A stretch of DNA of 64,000 nucleotides. Source: Escherichia phage vB_EcoM_005. Positions 42,955 to 51,281 of this stretch are shown one piece after another. The translations under genes were made by a program, and so were the position numbers. The stretch lies in the sequence record MK295203; one strand, given 5' to 3'. The notes under the pieces were generated by a model that searched no databases, was not told where the DNA came from, and saw only the letters and a list, made by a program, of their open reading frames with translations. Position 1 is the stretch's first letter. Each line of letters begins with the position of its first letter.

Positions 42955-43818
42955 ATGATGTTAGTTATTGGTTCTCGTGCACTGCACCACGCTGGTCTGA
43001 TTGAAAGTAAGCATATCGAAAATTCTGATTGGGATTTCATTGCCGACCAAGGTTCATGGAACCATTTTAAAGCTCGGATGTTTGGTGCCCATGTTTCTGT
43101 GGATAATCCTGATGTCCAGGCTTTTAAATGCATGTACAACGGTAAAGAAACCTATTTTGAAGCATATATCGTTCGTGCTCTGACTAACGTACGAGAAATT
43201 ACCGGCGAGCTTCAAGACGAAGATTTCACCTCAAGTTATCGTCTCCTGAAATATGCCGAAAATCATATTAAAAAGGACCGTCTTACAGGTTTCTATTGGG
43301 CTACGCCTGATATCTGTCTGGCTATCAAAACCTCTCATCGTTTCCTGAAGAATAATCCTTTCTTCTTGAAAACTATGTCCCACATCAAATACCTTCGTAA
43401 TAAAGGTACCACCTTGAATGAAGAACTCCAGGAAATTATGCTGCAACGTCAAAAAGAAACGTTGAGCTATTCCCATCCTAAATTGGATGTAAACAAATCA
43501 TCGTTCTTTAATGATACCATGGAGAAGTTCGAGGCTTTGCCTGAAGCTATTAAATTGGCTGGTGTGTATGAAGAAACCTGTGTCCTGGCACTAGAACGTT
43601 CACAGGTTCCTAATGACTTCAATATTTCACCATCATTAAGTTTCTATATGGCTCTTGAGAAAGTGTGTACCTCAATCACTTCAGGTTGGTTCCGCACTTA
43701 TGCATGGGAAAACTACCAAGCTGTGGTTAATATGTACAAGACTTTAGGTGAAAGTGACTACATTGAACGATTTAAACGTAATCAACATCTTATTAAACCT
43801 TTCAAAAAGGCTGAGTAA
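42955..43818 (+). CDS. hypothetical protein (287 aa), possible nucleotidyltransferase-like N-terminus
   Basis: Internal ATGATG start after GAGGAAAA; N-terminal LVIGSRALHH...SDWDF loosely resembles a GS...DxD motif. Confidence 0.5.
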   Translation: MMLVIGSRALHHAGLIESKHIENSDWDFIADQGSWNHFKARMFGAHVSVDNPDVQAFKCMYNGKETYFEAYIVRALTNVREITGELQDEDFTSSYRLLKYAENHIKKDRLTGFYWATPDICLAIKTSHRFLKNNPFFLKTMSHIKYLRNKGTTLNEELQEIMLQRQKETLSYSHPKLDVNKSSFFNDTMEKFEALPEAIKLAGVYEETCVLALERSQVPNDFNISPSLSFYMALEKVCTSITSGWFRTYAWENYQAVVNMYKTLGESDYIERFKRNQHLIKPFKKAE

Positions 43819-44468
43819 TGGGACGGCCTCTAAAAGATTTAACCGGACAGGTTATAAATGGTATTAAATTTTTATCGGTGGCCTATAAAGCCACCGGATC
43901 GCCAACCAAGTGGCTTTTATTGTGCCATTGCGGTGAAGAATTCGTTACCACCGCCTCTAGAATAAAAACAGGAAAAACAAAATCATGCGGCTGTGAAAGA
44001 TACCATTATTCCTTTATAAAGAATAGGTATACATATTCCTCATATTCTGCTATGATTGCTAGATGTACAGACCCTAAACATAAAGCCTATCCCGCCTACG
44101 GTGGTAATGGTATAGTTGTTTGTGACGAGTGGCTTCCTAAAGGAAAGAAAGGGTATTTAAAATTTGTCGAGGATATGGGCGAGAGACCTAAAGGGACTTC
44201 AATAAATCGAATAGGTTCTGTTAAAAGGTATAGCAAAGAAACTTGTGAGTGGGCTCCATTTACAATGCAATCATTTGACCAAAGAACGCGTCATGATTCA
44301 CCGGGTCCTATTTCAGGAGTTGTATATAGAAAAGATAGAAATAAATGGGTAGCTTCTATAACAGTAGAAGGCGAAGCCATAGGGCTATATTATGGTGATA
44401 CTGAAAGCGAAGCGATAGAGGCTAGAAAACAAGCTGAACTTAAATATTTTGGAAGATTTAAGTCATAA
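43818..44468 (+). CDS. AP2-domain DNA-binding protein (homing-endonuclease-like)
   Basis: C-terminal ...GVVYRKDRNKWVASITVEGEAIGLYYGDTESEAIEARKQAELKYFG AP2-type motif; Cys-rich N-terminus. Confidence 0.55.
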   Translation: MGRPLKDLTGQVINGIKFLSVAYKATGSPTKWLLLCHCGEEFVTTASRIKTGKTKSCGCERYHYSFIKNRYTYSSYSAMIARCTDPKHKAYPAYGGNGIVVCDEWLPKGKKGYLKFVEDMGERPKGTSINRIGSVKRYSKETCEWAPFTMQSFDQRTRHDSPGPISGVVYRKDRNKWVASITVEGEAIGLYYGDTESEAIEARKQAELKYFGRFKS

Positions 44469-44473
44469 AAGTT

Positions 44474-44514
44474 GTTTACAAGGTCTATAGGTGTGATACT
44501 ATAGACCTATCAAA
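44474..44514 (+). promoter_or_regulatory. early promoter cassette (PeSL-like)
   Basis: Near-identical to the 35429 cassette. Confidence 0.6.
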
Positions 44515-44539
44515 ACAACAGAGTGAAATGGAGAATAAA

Positions 44540-44752
44540 ATGAAACTTTCTAACCAAGCAATCAACATGTTAAACGAAGTTCGTGCAGCTGGTGCTAAAT
44601 GCCTGATGGTTGACACTCGTGATGGAGACCTTCGTCAAGCATTTGGTGAATTGAAATCTGCTGACCTGGTTAAATGTTCAGTTGGTATTGGTAACGCACT
44701 TCGTGTATCCTTATCTCCTAAAGGTAAAATGTACTTTTTCAACAAAAAGTAA
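44540..44752 (+). CDS. hypothetical protein (70 aa)
   Basis: ATG after GGAGAATAAA leader; alternative ATG 44528. Confidence 0.5.
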   Translation: MKLSNQAINMLNEVRAAGAKCLMVDTRDGDLRQAFGELKSADLVKCSVGIGNALRVSLSPKGKMYFFNKK

Positions 44753-44766
44753 GTGAGGAAAATATT

Positions 44767-45357
44767 ATGAACGGTCCAAAAACTTTTAATTCTCAAGCTC
44801 GTGCAGTCGGTGGTTTTGCTCAAGATATCAGTAATGATATGATTAAAAATGAGCCTATGTTCTTTAATTGCGATGCTTATTTTGCTCATAAACACGGCGG
44901 TCCTATTACTCGTAGCTTTATTGAAAACCTGCCTGAAGATTGGCAATGTGGCCCTGATATTGTATTTGATTCCCGTGTACACATGTTAATGCCTGGCTGG
45001 TACCCTGCAATTCCAGGCTTCCACCATGATGATGTACCACGTCCGGATATTCCGGTCGGCCAACACTTTATTACCGCAGGGCAGCCTGATTATGATAATC
45101 CTCGTTACCATTCTGAACATATTCTTGGTCTTGTTAACGCTGGAATTGAGTCCAATGAATTAACCAAGTGGGATGCTCCTGACCGCACGTTGCTCCAGTT
45201 TGATTGGCAGACGTGGCATACCGGTTCTCGTGCAGTAAGTAATGGTTGGCGCTGGTTTGGTCGTGTCTCTCGTAATACTGACCGTGTTAAAAAGATTACT
45301 AATGAAATCCGTGTTAATGCTCAAGTTTATCTGGAATTCCCTATGGAGGGCTGGTAA
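44767..45357 (+). CDS. hypothetical protein (196 aa), possible Fe/2OG-oxygenase-like
   Basis: FHHDD...WHTGSR...RWFGRVSR resembles HxD...H...R arrangement; unverified. Confidence 0.5.
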   Translation: MNGPKTFNSQARAVGGFAQDISNDMIKNEPMFFNCDAYFAHKHGGPITRSFIENLPEDWQCGPDIVFDSRVHMLMPGWYPAIPGFHHDDVPRPDIPVGQHFITAGQPDYDNPRYHSEHILGLVNAGIESNELTKWDAPDRTLLQFDWQTWHTGSRAVSNGWRWFGRVSRNTDRVKKITNEIRVNAQVYLEFPMEGW

Positions 45358-45944
45358 TGGCCCTTTATGAACCTGGGTGTATGGGCATTGATGCAAACTT
45401 CATCCGTCGGTCGGAAAATGCTGGAATTATTATCCCAAGTGGTGAGAATATGATTATTAAAAAGTCCTGGCGAAATATCGATGACTGTGATGAAGGAATT
45501 TCAGCCAGTACAATAGATTGGTCAGGTTGTACTGCCGAAATGAAACAGCTTTTAATTGAGGAATATAAAATGGGCTATATTGTAAACGGCTGGCAAGCGG
45601 AACCACATAAAGAACAGACTCCAGACCCATTGATTTGTTATAGCAAAAAATACGGCTTCCGTGCCTGGAGTGATGAATACGACAAATTGGTGAGTTCTAG
45701 ATTCTATGTTTGGATGGGTATATTATTTTTCCCACTCCTAGGGTTTTTCCTGACAACAGATAATGACCTGCCTATTTGTGTATTCGCTTCAGCGATGTCT
45801 GCTGCTATCTTAGGTCTTATCGCATCATTTTTATGGACCTCTGTTATCGAAGTACCTTTTCGTATTTCTAAAGTTAAAAAGGTATATGACGATATCACTA
45901 AGAAAAATACATTAAACTCTTTTATTAAGGAATGCCGTAAATGA
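45357..45944 (+). CDS. membrane protein with C-terminal ...NSFIKECRK (paralog of 40479..40832)
   Basis: Two TM segments in C-terminal half; shared C-terminal motif. Confidence 0.55.
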   Translation: MALYEPGCMGIDANFIRRSENAGIIIPSGENMIIKKSWRNIDDCDEGISASTIDWSGCTAEMKQLLIEEYKMGYIVNGWQAEPHKEQTPDPLICYSKKYGFRAWSDEYDKLVSSRFYVWMGILFFPLLGFFLTTDNDLPICVFASAMSAAILGLIASFLWTSVIEVPFRISKVKKVYDDITKKNTLNSFIKECRK

Positions 45945-46177
45945 GCATTGCAATTTATATTAAATCTGAGTCATGTGATTCTTATCTGTATTCCTATGAT
46001 ACCGGAACATCAGAAGAGAAAATTAAAGAAGACTTAGAAAGCGATATGGATATGTTCTGTCCTATTGGTGACTATATGCTTCAAGTGTCTGATAGTGAAA
46101 GTCCATCATCAGAAAATAGACTTCAAATTATTATGCAAGATATTTTTAAACAATCATGGGAACGAGACGATGAGTAA
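45941..46177 (+). CDS. hypothetical acidic protein (78 aa)
   Basis: ATGA overlap with previous gene. Confidence 0.45.
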   Translation: MSIAIYIKSESCDSYLYSYDTGTSEEKIKEDLESDMDMFCPIGDYMLQVSDSESPSSENRLQIIMQDIFKQSWERDDE

Positions 46178-46619
46178 GAAAGCTAAGGAATTATCGGCAG
46201 GTATTTTGTTCATGACCGTTGATAAAGAACTAGTTATGGGTCGTGTAACAGGCTCTCGTAATCCAGAGAATATGCGTCATAAATGGGACATTCCTAAGGG
46301 TCATGTCGAACCAGGCGAAGAGCCTATTCAAGCGGCAATGCGCGAAACCGAAGAAGAGATTGGATTCACAGCATACGATCCTGCGTTCCTGAAAGACCTA
46401 GGTGAGTTCAAATATTCAAGCAATAAGAATCTACATCTGTTCTTATATACAGTGCCTGTGGAACACGAGCAGTTCAAGGATTGCAAATGTACGGCTTACC
46501 ATACGTTCCCTGATGGTCGTACTATTCCTGAATTCGATGCGTTCGCTTTGATTAAACGTCCGCAATGGGAATATGTCATGGGCCCGTCGATGTTTAAGGT
46601 TTTAGATTCGCTCTTTTGA
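46170..46619 (+). CDS. nudE: Nudix hydrolase NudE
   Basis: Nudix box GHVEPGEEPIQAAMRETEEEIGF; directly upstream of e as in T4. Confidence 0.85.
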   Translation: MSKKAKELSAGILFMTVDKELVMGRVTGSRNPENMRHKWDIPKGHVEPGEEPIQAAMRETEEEIGFTAYDPAFLKDLGEFKYSSNKNLHLFLYTVPVEHEQFKDCKCTAYHTFPDGRTIPEFDAFALIKRPQWEYVMGPSMFKVLDSLF

Positions 46620-46649
46620 TATAAATACCTCCTATACTCAGGAGGTATT
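46620..46649 (+). promoter_or_regulatory. late promoter TATAAATA plus RBS-sequestering hairpin of gene e
   Basis: TATAAATA 46620-46627; hairpin ACCTCC-TATACTCA-GGAGGT (46627-46646) contains the e Shine-Dalgarno. Confidence 0.6.
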
Positions 46650-47081
46650 ATGGATATTTTTGATATGTTACGTCAAGACGAAGGTCTTGATTTAAATCTT
46701 TATAAAGACACTGAAGGTTATTGGACTATTGGTATTGGCCAATTGATTACTAAGAACCCTTCTAAAGATGTTGCTCGTGCTGAACTTGATAAGCTTATGG
46801 GTCGAGTTTGTAATGGTCGTATTACTATGGCTGAAGCTGAACAACTCTTTAACCGATCGGTTGAAAATGCTCGTAGAGCTATTCTGCGTAATCCTAAATT
46901 GAAACCTGTTTATGATGTACTGGACGAAGTTCGTCGTTGTGCTTTAATTAACATGGTCTTCCAAATGGGTGAAGCAGGCGTAGCAGGGTTCACTAACTCT
47001 TTACGTATGCTCCAACAGAAACGTTGGAACGATGCGGCAGTTAACCTGGTTTATCGCAGAGAATGTAATTCCTGCATCTAA
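46650..47081 (+). CDS. e: lysozyme (endolysin) e, C-terminally truncated
   Basis: [33 protein letters not shown]... matches T4 lysozyme to ...AAVNL then diverges and stops (143 aa versus 164). Confidence 0.85.
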   Translation: MDIFDMLRQDEGLDLNLYKDTEGYWTIGIGQLITKNPSKDVARAELDKLMGRVCNGRITMAEAEQLFNRSVENARRAILRNPKLKPVYDVLDEVRRCALINMVFQMGEAGVAGFTNSLRMLQQKRWNDAAVNLVYRRECNSCI

Positions 47082-47094
47082 AGAACTTTTGGCG

Positions 47095-47430
47095 ATGTTT
47101 GAATCTGAAGAGTTCACTGAAGAACTGAATGAGAACCTGACCCAGGCCACTCCTCAGGTTATTCGCGTTCGTAACGCTCTGCAGACAGGCATGCAGGCCC
47201 GCGTATCTAAGACTATGAAGCTGGCATTCACCACTTCTAAAAATGAAGACTATGGCGACGGTATTGCAATGAACACTGGACAGTATTATGTCGAGTGGAA
47301 TGGTGAAACCGGTACGGCTAAGATTCGTCAGACACGTGCAGCGGGTGGTAAAATGTTAGACCTTAAACTGAACGTTAAAGAGAAAGACGTCGCGGCTTTG
47401 TTCAAGAATTGGATGAAAACCTACAAATAA
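47095..47430 (+). CDS. hypothetical protein (111 aa) ending in a stray MKTYK leader fragment
   Basis: ORF replaces the 3' end of e; last codons ATGAAAACCTACAAATAA look like the start of an internal-protein gene. Confidence 0.4.
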   Translation: MFESEEFTEELNENLTQATPQVIRVRNALQTGMQARVSKTMKLAFTTSKNEDYGDGIAMNTGQYYVEWNGETGTAKIRQTRAAGGKMLDLKLNVKEKDVAALFKNWMKTYK

Positions 47431-47462
47431 GTTTACATCTCCTAGAATTATGATAGTATATC
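47431..47462 (+). promoter_or_regulatory. early promoter cassette (variant)
   Basis: GTTTACATCTCCTAGAATTATGATAGTAT upstream of ipIII. Confidence 0.5.
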
Positions 47463-47512
47463 TACAGTTACTTGAACAGACCAATTAAAATATTTACCTT
47501 TAAGGAACCAGT

Positions 47513-48109
47513 ATGAAAACGTATAAAGAATTTATCACCGAAGCTTCTGTAGGAAAGGTCCAAGGCATTAATAAAGATGAGTGGACTTACCGAGGAAACG
47601 GCGTTGACAAAATAGGAAACGGCTTTGACGCTAAAACAGCTCCTATTGAACGGTATTTAGCTACAAAGGCTTCCGATTTTAAAGCTTTCGCTTGGGAAGG
47701 ACTTCGCTGGCGTAACGACCTAAATATTGAAGCTGATGGGCTTAAATTTGGCCATATCCAAGATGTTGTTGCTAGTAACTTGGATGCAGCTTTTATTAAA
47801 GCCGACGGTGACCTTCGTCGCTGGAATTTAAAACTGTTCTCTAAACAGAAAGGTCCGGTATTTGTACCTAAAGCAGGTAAATGGACTATTGATAATAAAT
47901 TGGCTAAAGCGGTTAACTTCGCTGGTCTTGAATTTGCCAAGCACAAATCAGCATGGAAAGGTCTTGATACAATGGCTTTCCGTAAAGAATTTGCTGATGT
48001 TATGACTAAAGCCGGCTTTAAGGCAGAACTAGATACCTCTAAAGGTACGTTTAAAGACGCTAATATTCAGTACGCTTACGCCGTTGCTAATGCAGCCCGT
48101 GGTAATTAA
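47513..48109 (+). CDS. ipIII: internal protein III
   Basis: MKTYKEFITEASVGKVQGINKDEWTYRGNGVDKIGNGFD... matches T4 IPIII as recalled; 198 aa. Confidence 0.8.
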   Translation: MKTYKEFITEASVGKVQGINKDEWTYRGNGVDKIGNGFDAKTAPIERYLATKASDFKAFAWEGLRWRNDLNIEADGLKFGHIQDVVASNLDAAFIKADGDLRRWNLKLFSKQKGPVFVPKAGKWTIDNKLAKAVNFAGLEFAKHKSAWKGLDTMAFRKEFADVMTKAGFKAELDTSKGTFKDANIQYAYAVANAARGN

Positions 48110-48137
48110 TAAAGCGATTTACCTTTAAAGGAAACAT

Positions 48138-48440
48138 ATGAAAACCTATCAAGAATTTATCACTGAAGCCCGCGTAACCGCAGGTAAATTAGAAGCCGCT
48201 GTAAATAAAAAGGCCCATTCATTTCATGATTTGTCAGATAAAGACCGTAAGAAACTTGTAAGCCTTTATATTGACAAAGAGCGTATTCTCGCTCTCCCGG
48301 GCGCTAATGAAGGTAAACAGGCCAAGCCTTTGAATTCTGTCGAAAAGAAAATTGATAACTTTGCTTCTAAGTTTGGTATGTCTATGGATGACCTTCAGCA
48401 AGCGGCTACCGAAGCAGCTAAAGCAATTAAAGGTAAATAA
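48138..48440 (+). CDS. ipII: internal protein II
   Basis: MKTYQEFITEARVTAGKLEAAVNKKAHSFHDL...; 100 aa; T4 order e-ipIII-ipII-denV. Confidence 0.8.
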   Translation: MKTYQEFITEARVTAGKLEAAVNKKAHSFHDLSDKDRKKLVSLYIDKERILALPGANEGKQAKPLNSVEKKIDNFASKFGMSMDDLQQAATEAAKAIKGK

Positions 48441-48443
48441 CAG

Positions 48444-48472
48444 TTTACTTTTACAATAGCTGTGATATAGTG
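48444..48472 (+). promoter_or_regulatory. early promoter (variant) upstream of denV
   Basis: GTTTAC 48444-48449, spacer, TGTGATATAGT. Confidence 0.4.
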
Positions 48473-48500
48473 TTCTCACACAAACATGGAGAACACTAAA

Positions 48501-48917
48501 ATGACTCGTATCAACCTTACCTTAGTATCTGAATTGGCTGACCAACACTTAATGGCTGAATATCGCGAATTACCACGTGTTTTCGGTGCAGTTCGTAAGC
48601 ATGTTGCTAATGGTAAACGTGTTCGTGATTTTAAAATTAGCTCTACTTTTATCCTTGGTACAGGCCATGTTACATTCTTTTACGATAAGCTTGAGTTCTT
48701 ACGTAAACGCCAAATCGAGCTTATAGCCGAATGTTTAAAACGTGGTTTTAATATCAAGGACACTACGGTCCAGGACATTAGTGATATTCCTCAGGAATTC
48801 CGTGGTGACTATACTCCACACGAAGCTTCTATTGCTATATCTCAGGCCCGTTTGGACGAAAAAATTGCACAACGCCCTACCTGGTACAAACATTATGGTA
48901 AGGCTATTTACGCTTAA
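48501..48917 (+). CDS. denV: endonuclease V (pyrimidine-dimer DNA glycosylase) DenV
   Basis: [35 protein letters not shown]... near-identical to T4 DenV; ORF track starts at upstream ATG 48486. Confidence 0.9.
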   Translation: MTRINLTLVSELADQHLMAEYRELPRVFGAVRKHVANGKRVRDFKISSTFILGTGHVTFFYDKLEFLRKRQIELIAECLKRGFNIKDTTVQDISDIPQEFRGDYTPHEASIAISQARLDEKIAQRPTWYKHYGKAIYA

Positions 48918-48959
48918 TTAAATCCGTGATAGAATACTTCTATCAACTTAAGGAATAAT

Positions 48960-49259
48960 ATGAAAACTTATCAAGAATTTATTACAGAAGCCAAAGCTCC
49001 TAAAGCATTTCAAATTGGGGTTCAAGGCAATTTAGACCAAGAATATGTTGATGCTATTGTAGCAAGCCTCGGTAAACAGGGTGTACAAGTGGATTTGGTT
49101 GATTTTACCAAAGGTAATACTTTTAATATTGTTACGTCTAAAGGCTCTTTAGCTAAAGTTAAAAAGGCTTTTGGTGTAGCACAAGCCTACGAAATCGACC
49201 ACTCTGAATTAGAAAATAAAGGTCGCCAGAACACAATTAAAGGTTCTGGTTCTTTCTAA
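48960..49259 (+). CDS. internal-protein-like (leader MKTYQEFITEA), 99 aa
   Basis: Same capsid-targeting leader. Confidence 0.65.
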   Translation: MKTYQEFITEAKAPKAFQIGVQGNLDQEYVDAIVASLGKQGVQVDLVDFTKGNTFNIVTSKGSLAKVKKAFGVAQAYEIDHSELENKGRQNTIKGSGSF

Positions 49260-49423
49260 TAAAGGCAAGCCGACCCTCTCCTCATGAACGTCGCGTCCTC
49301 TGAGTGATGGACCTTTCCCTACCTGTAATAAGGTCGAGCCCAAGTGCGGTAAAGGGTTTACATACGGATACATGGACGAATTATGTGCCAAGGAATGGCC
49401 CCACAACTTAAAAAGAGACAATT

Positions 49424-49969
49424 ATGAAAACGTTTTTAACCGGTAGTTATCTATCCCTGATGAATGCTTTTGCAAACCATTCTGATGCTAGAGTAGAACA
49501 CATTTGTAATAGTGGGTTTTATGTACCTGATTCACAAACCCTGTTTAAAGAATGCTGCACCTTAAAACTTGATGGTGGGCGCCAATCCGGTAAAACTAAA
49601 GCAGTATCCATTTTTGCCACAGAATGGTTAGCTAATGGCGGCTCTATTGTTATTTTATCTAATAACACAGCATATGCCAATGTTTCGGCTACTGCAATCC
49701 GAAAGGAATATTTTAATAACCATACAGAAAGTATTAAGTACCGTTTGTACACTGATTCTGTTCGTAGTTTTATTGGTAATACTGCATGCAAATTCCGTGG
49801 ATTATCGCTTTCACGTGTTCTGTATATAATTGATGAGCCTGTTAAAACACCTAATATGGATAAGATTTATGATGCCCATATAAAGGTGGTGCAACATTGC
49901 TGTCATGCATCATGTGTCGAAACCAATCAAACTGCGCGTCCTCTGTTCTTTGTGATAGGAATGCAATGA
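49424..49969 (+). CDS. small P-loop NTPase (181 aa)
   Basis: Walker A GGRQSGKT, Walker B VLYIIDEP. Confidence 0.6.
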   Translation: MKTFLTGSYLSLMNAFANHSDARVEHICNSGFYVPDSQTLFKECCTLKLDGGRQSGKTKAVSIFATEWLANGGSIVILSNNTAYANVSATAIRKEYFNNHTESIKYRLYTDSVRSFIGNTACKFRGLSLSRVLYIIDEPVKTPNMDKIYDAHIKVVQHCCHASCVETNQTARPLFFVIGMQ

Positions 49970-50262
49970 TGACTGATGAAGAACTTTTTGAGTTCTGTTA
50001 TTTCTCACGTAAGGTTCGAAGAGAGGACCTTACTAAAAATTTCGAGTATGCTTATTTCTATCCATTAGAATATGTATTCATGACAGGGCCCTTTAAGGGC
50101 TCTCGTTTTAGATGTCATGCTCCAAGCATCCGATTAATGAAACAGGTTCCTTACTTCACCCTCGAGTTCATCTCAGGGCCTTGTAAGGGTATTATTACTC
50201 GCAGTCTCTTAACTTATGACCAAGAGATTCATATGATTTCTGGCTGGAAGAAATATGTCTAA
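49966..50262 (+). CDS. hypothetical protein (98 aa)
   Basis: ATGATG start overlapping previous stop. Confidence 0.5.
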   Translation: MMTDEELFEFCYFSRKVRREDLTKNFEYAYFYPLEYVFMTGPFKGSRFRCHAPSIRLMKQVPYFTLEFISGPCKGIITRSLLTYDQEIHMISGWKKYV

Positions 50263-50473
50263 ATTGACAATTGAAGGCTCTGATGAAGCTCTGAAGATGT
50301 TTGTTGACTGGTTCCACGAACAGGGCGAACAAGGCTTTTTGGAATGTTGGGATGGCGGACAATGGAATGGTAAAGAAATTGTTTACCCGACTACGTATAT
50401 CTCTGTTCGTGGTGGATATGACGGCCTTCATTTGGTTGAATACGATATTGCATCTGATGAGGAAGTGAAATGA
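50255..50473 (+). CDS. hypothetical acidic protein (72 aa)
   Basis: Translationally coupled small ORF. Confidence 0.5.
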   Translation: MSKLTIEGSDEALKMFVDWFHEQGEQGFLECWDGGQWNGKEIVYPTTYISVRGGYDGLHLVEYDIASDEEVK

Positions 50474-50748
50474 TTGAAGATATTAAGGGTTATAAGCCGC
50501 ATACCGACGATAAAATCAGTAAAGTGAACGCTATCAAAGATGCCGAAGTTCGATTAGGGCTAATCTTTAAAGCCTTGGAAGAAGAATATGTTGAAGCCTT
50601 TACATGCTCGGGTGTTGATAAAATGAGTGATGAAGAATTCAACCTCACCCATGAACGCCTAGCCCAGATTCGTACGGCAATAGAACGCTTGAAAGAAGCA
50701 AGCATGTGGGCGTGTCGTTCCGTTTTCCAACCCGAGGAAAAATACTAA
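50470..50748 (+). CDS. hypothetical protein (92 aa), T4 vs.3-vs.6 position
   Basis: Immediately upstream of regB; no recognisable motif. Confidence 0.5.
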   Translation: MIEDIKGYKPHTDDKISKVNAIKDAEVRLGLIFKALEEEYVEAFTCSGVDKMSDEEFNLTHERLAQIRTAIERLKEASMWACRSVFQPEEKY

Positions 50749-50753
50749 AAGCA

Positions 50754-50796
50754 GTTTACATCTCCTGTAGACGTGATACTATAAACCTATCAACTA
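50754..50796 (+). promoter_or_regulatory. early promoter cassette with SD-sequestering inverted repeat
   Basis: GTTTAC, spacer ATCTCCTGTAG, TGATACTATAAACCTATCAA, then CTACAGGAGAT (perfect 11-bp complement holding the regB SD). Confidence 0.65.
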
Positions 50797-50810
50797 CAGG
50801 AGATTACAAA

Positions 50811-51269
50811 ATGTCAGAAATTAATTCAGAAGTATTCATCCGCCGCAACAAATTACGTCGTCAGTTCGAAACCGAATTCCGTGAACTGAATGCGTCCATC
50901 AAAAAAGCCGCCATTAAGAGCGGAGTCCCAGCCTTCTTTATTAAGTACTCTAATCACTTGTTGGACCGTGCTATCCAACGTGAAATCGACGAAAAATACG
51001 TTTTTGCTTTATTCAAGCAACTCCATAACCATGTTAAAGAAATCCACGAATTCTTAATCCAGGAACCTCTGCCTGATGTAGAATCCGAAATTGTCCCTGG
51101 TAAAGTGTATCGTCCATTGCGTCTCGAAATTACCGATAAAACCTTATGGCTAGGTATGACAGTAGACCGTAAACATCCTGATAAAGGATATTCCCTTAAA
51201 TGCCGTATGGCATTTGTTAACTCTAAACGTTTAGAAGGTAAAACCAGCACGAAAGTAATCTATCTTTAA
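50811..51269 (+). CDS. regB: RegB endoribonuclease
   Basis: MSEINSEVFIRRNKLRRQFETEFRE...YSNHLLDRAIQREIDEKYVF... matches T4 RegB. Confidence 0.85.
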   Translation: MSEINSEVFIRRNKLRRQFETEFRELNASIKKAAIKSGVPAFFIKYSNHLLDRAIQREIDEKYVFALFKQLHNHVKEIHEFLIQEPLPDVESEIVPGKVYRPLRLEITDKTLWLGMTVDRKHPDKGYSLKCRMAFVNSKRLEGKTSTKVIYL

Positions 51270-51281
51270 TAATGAGGTCTC

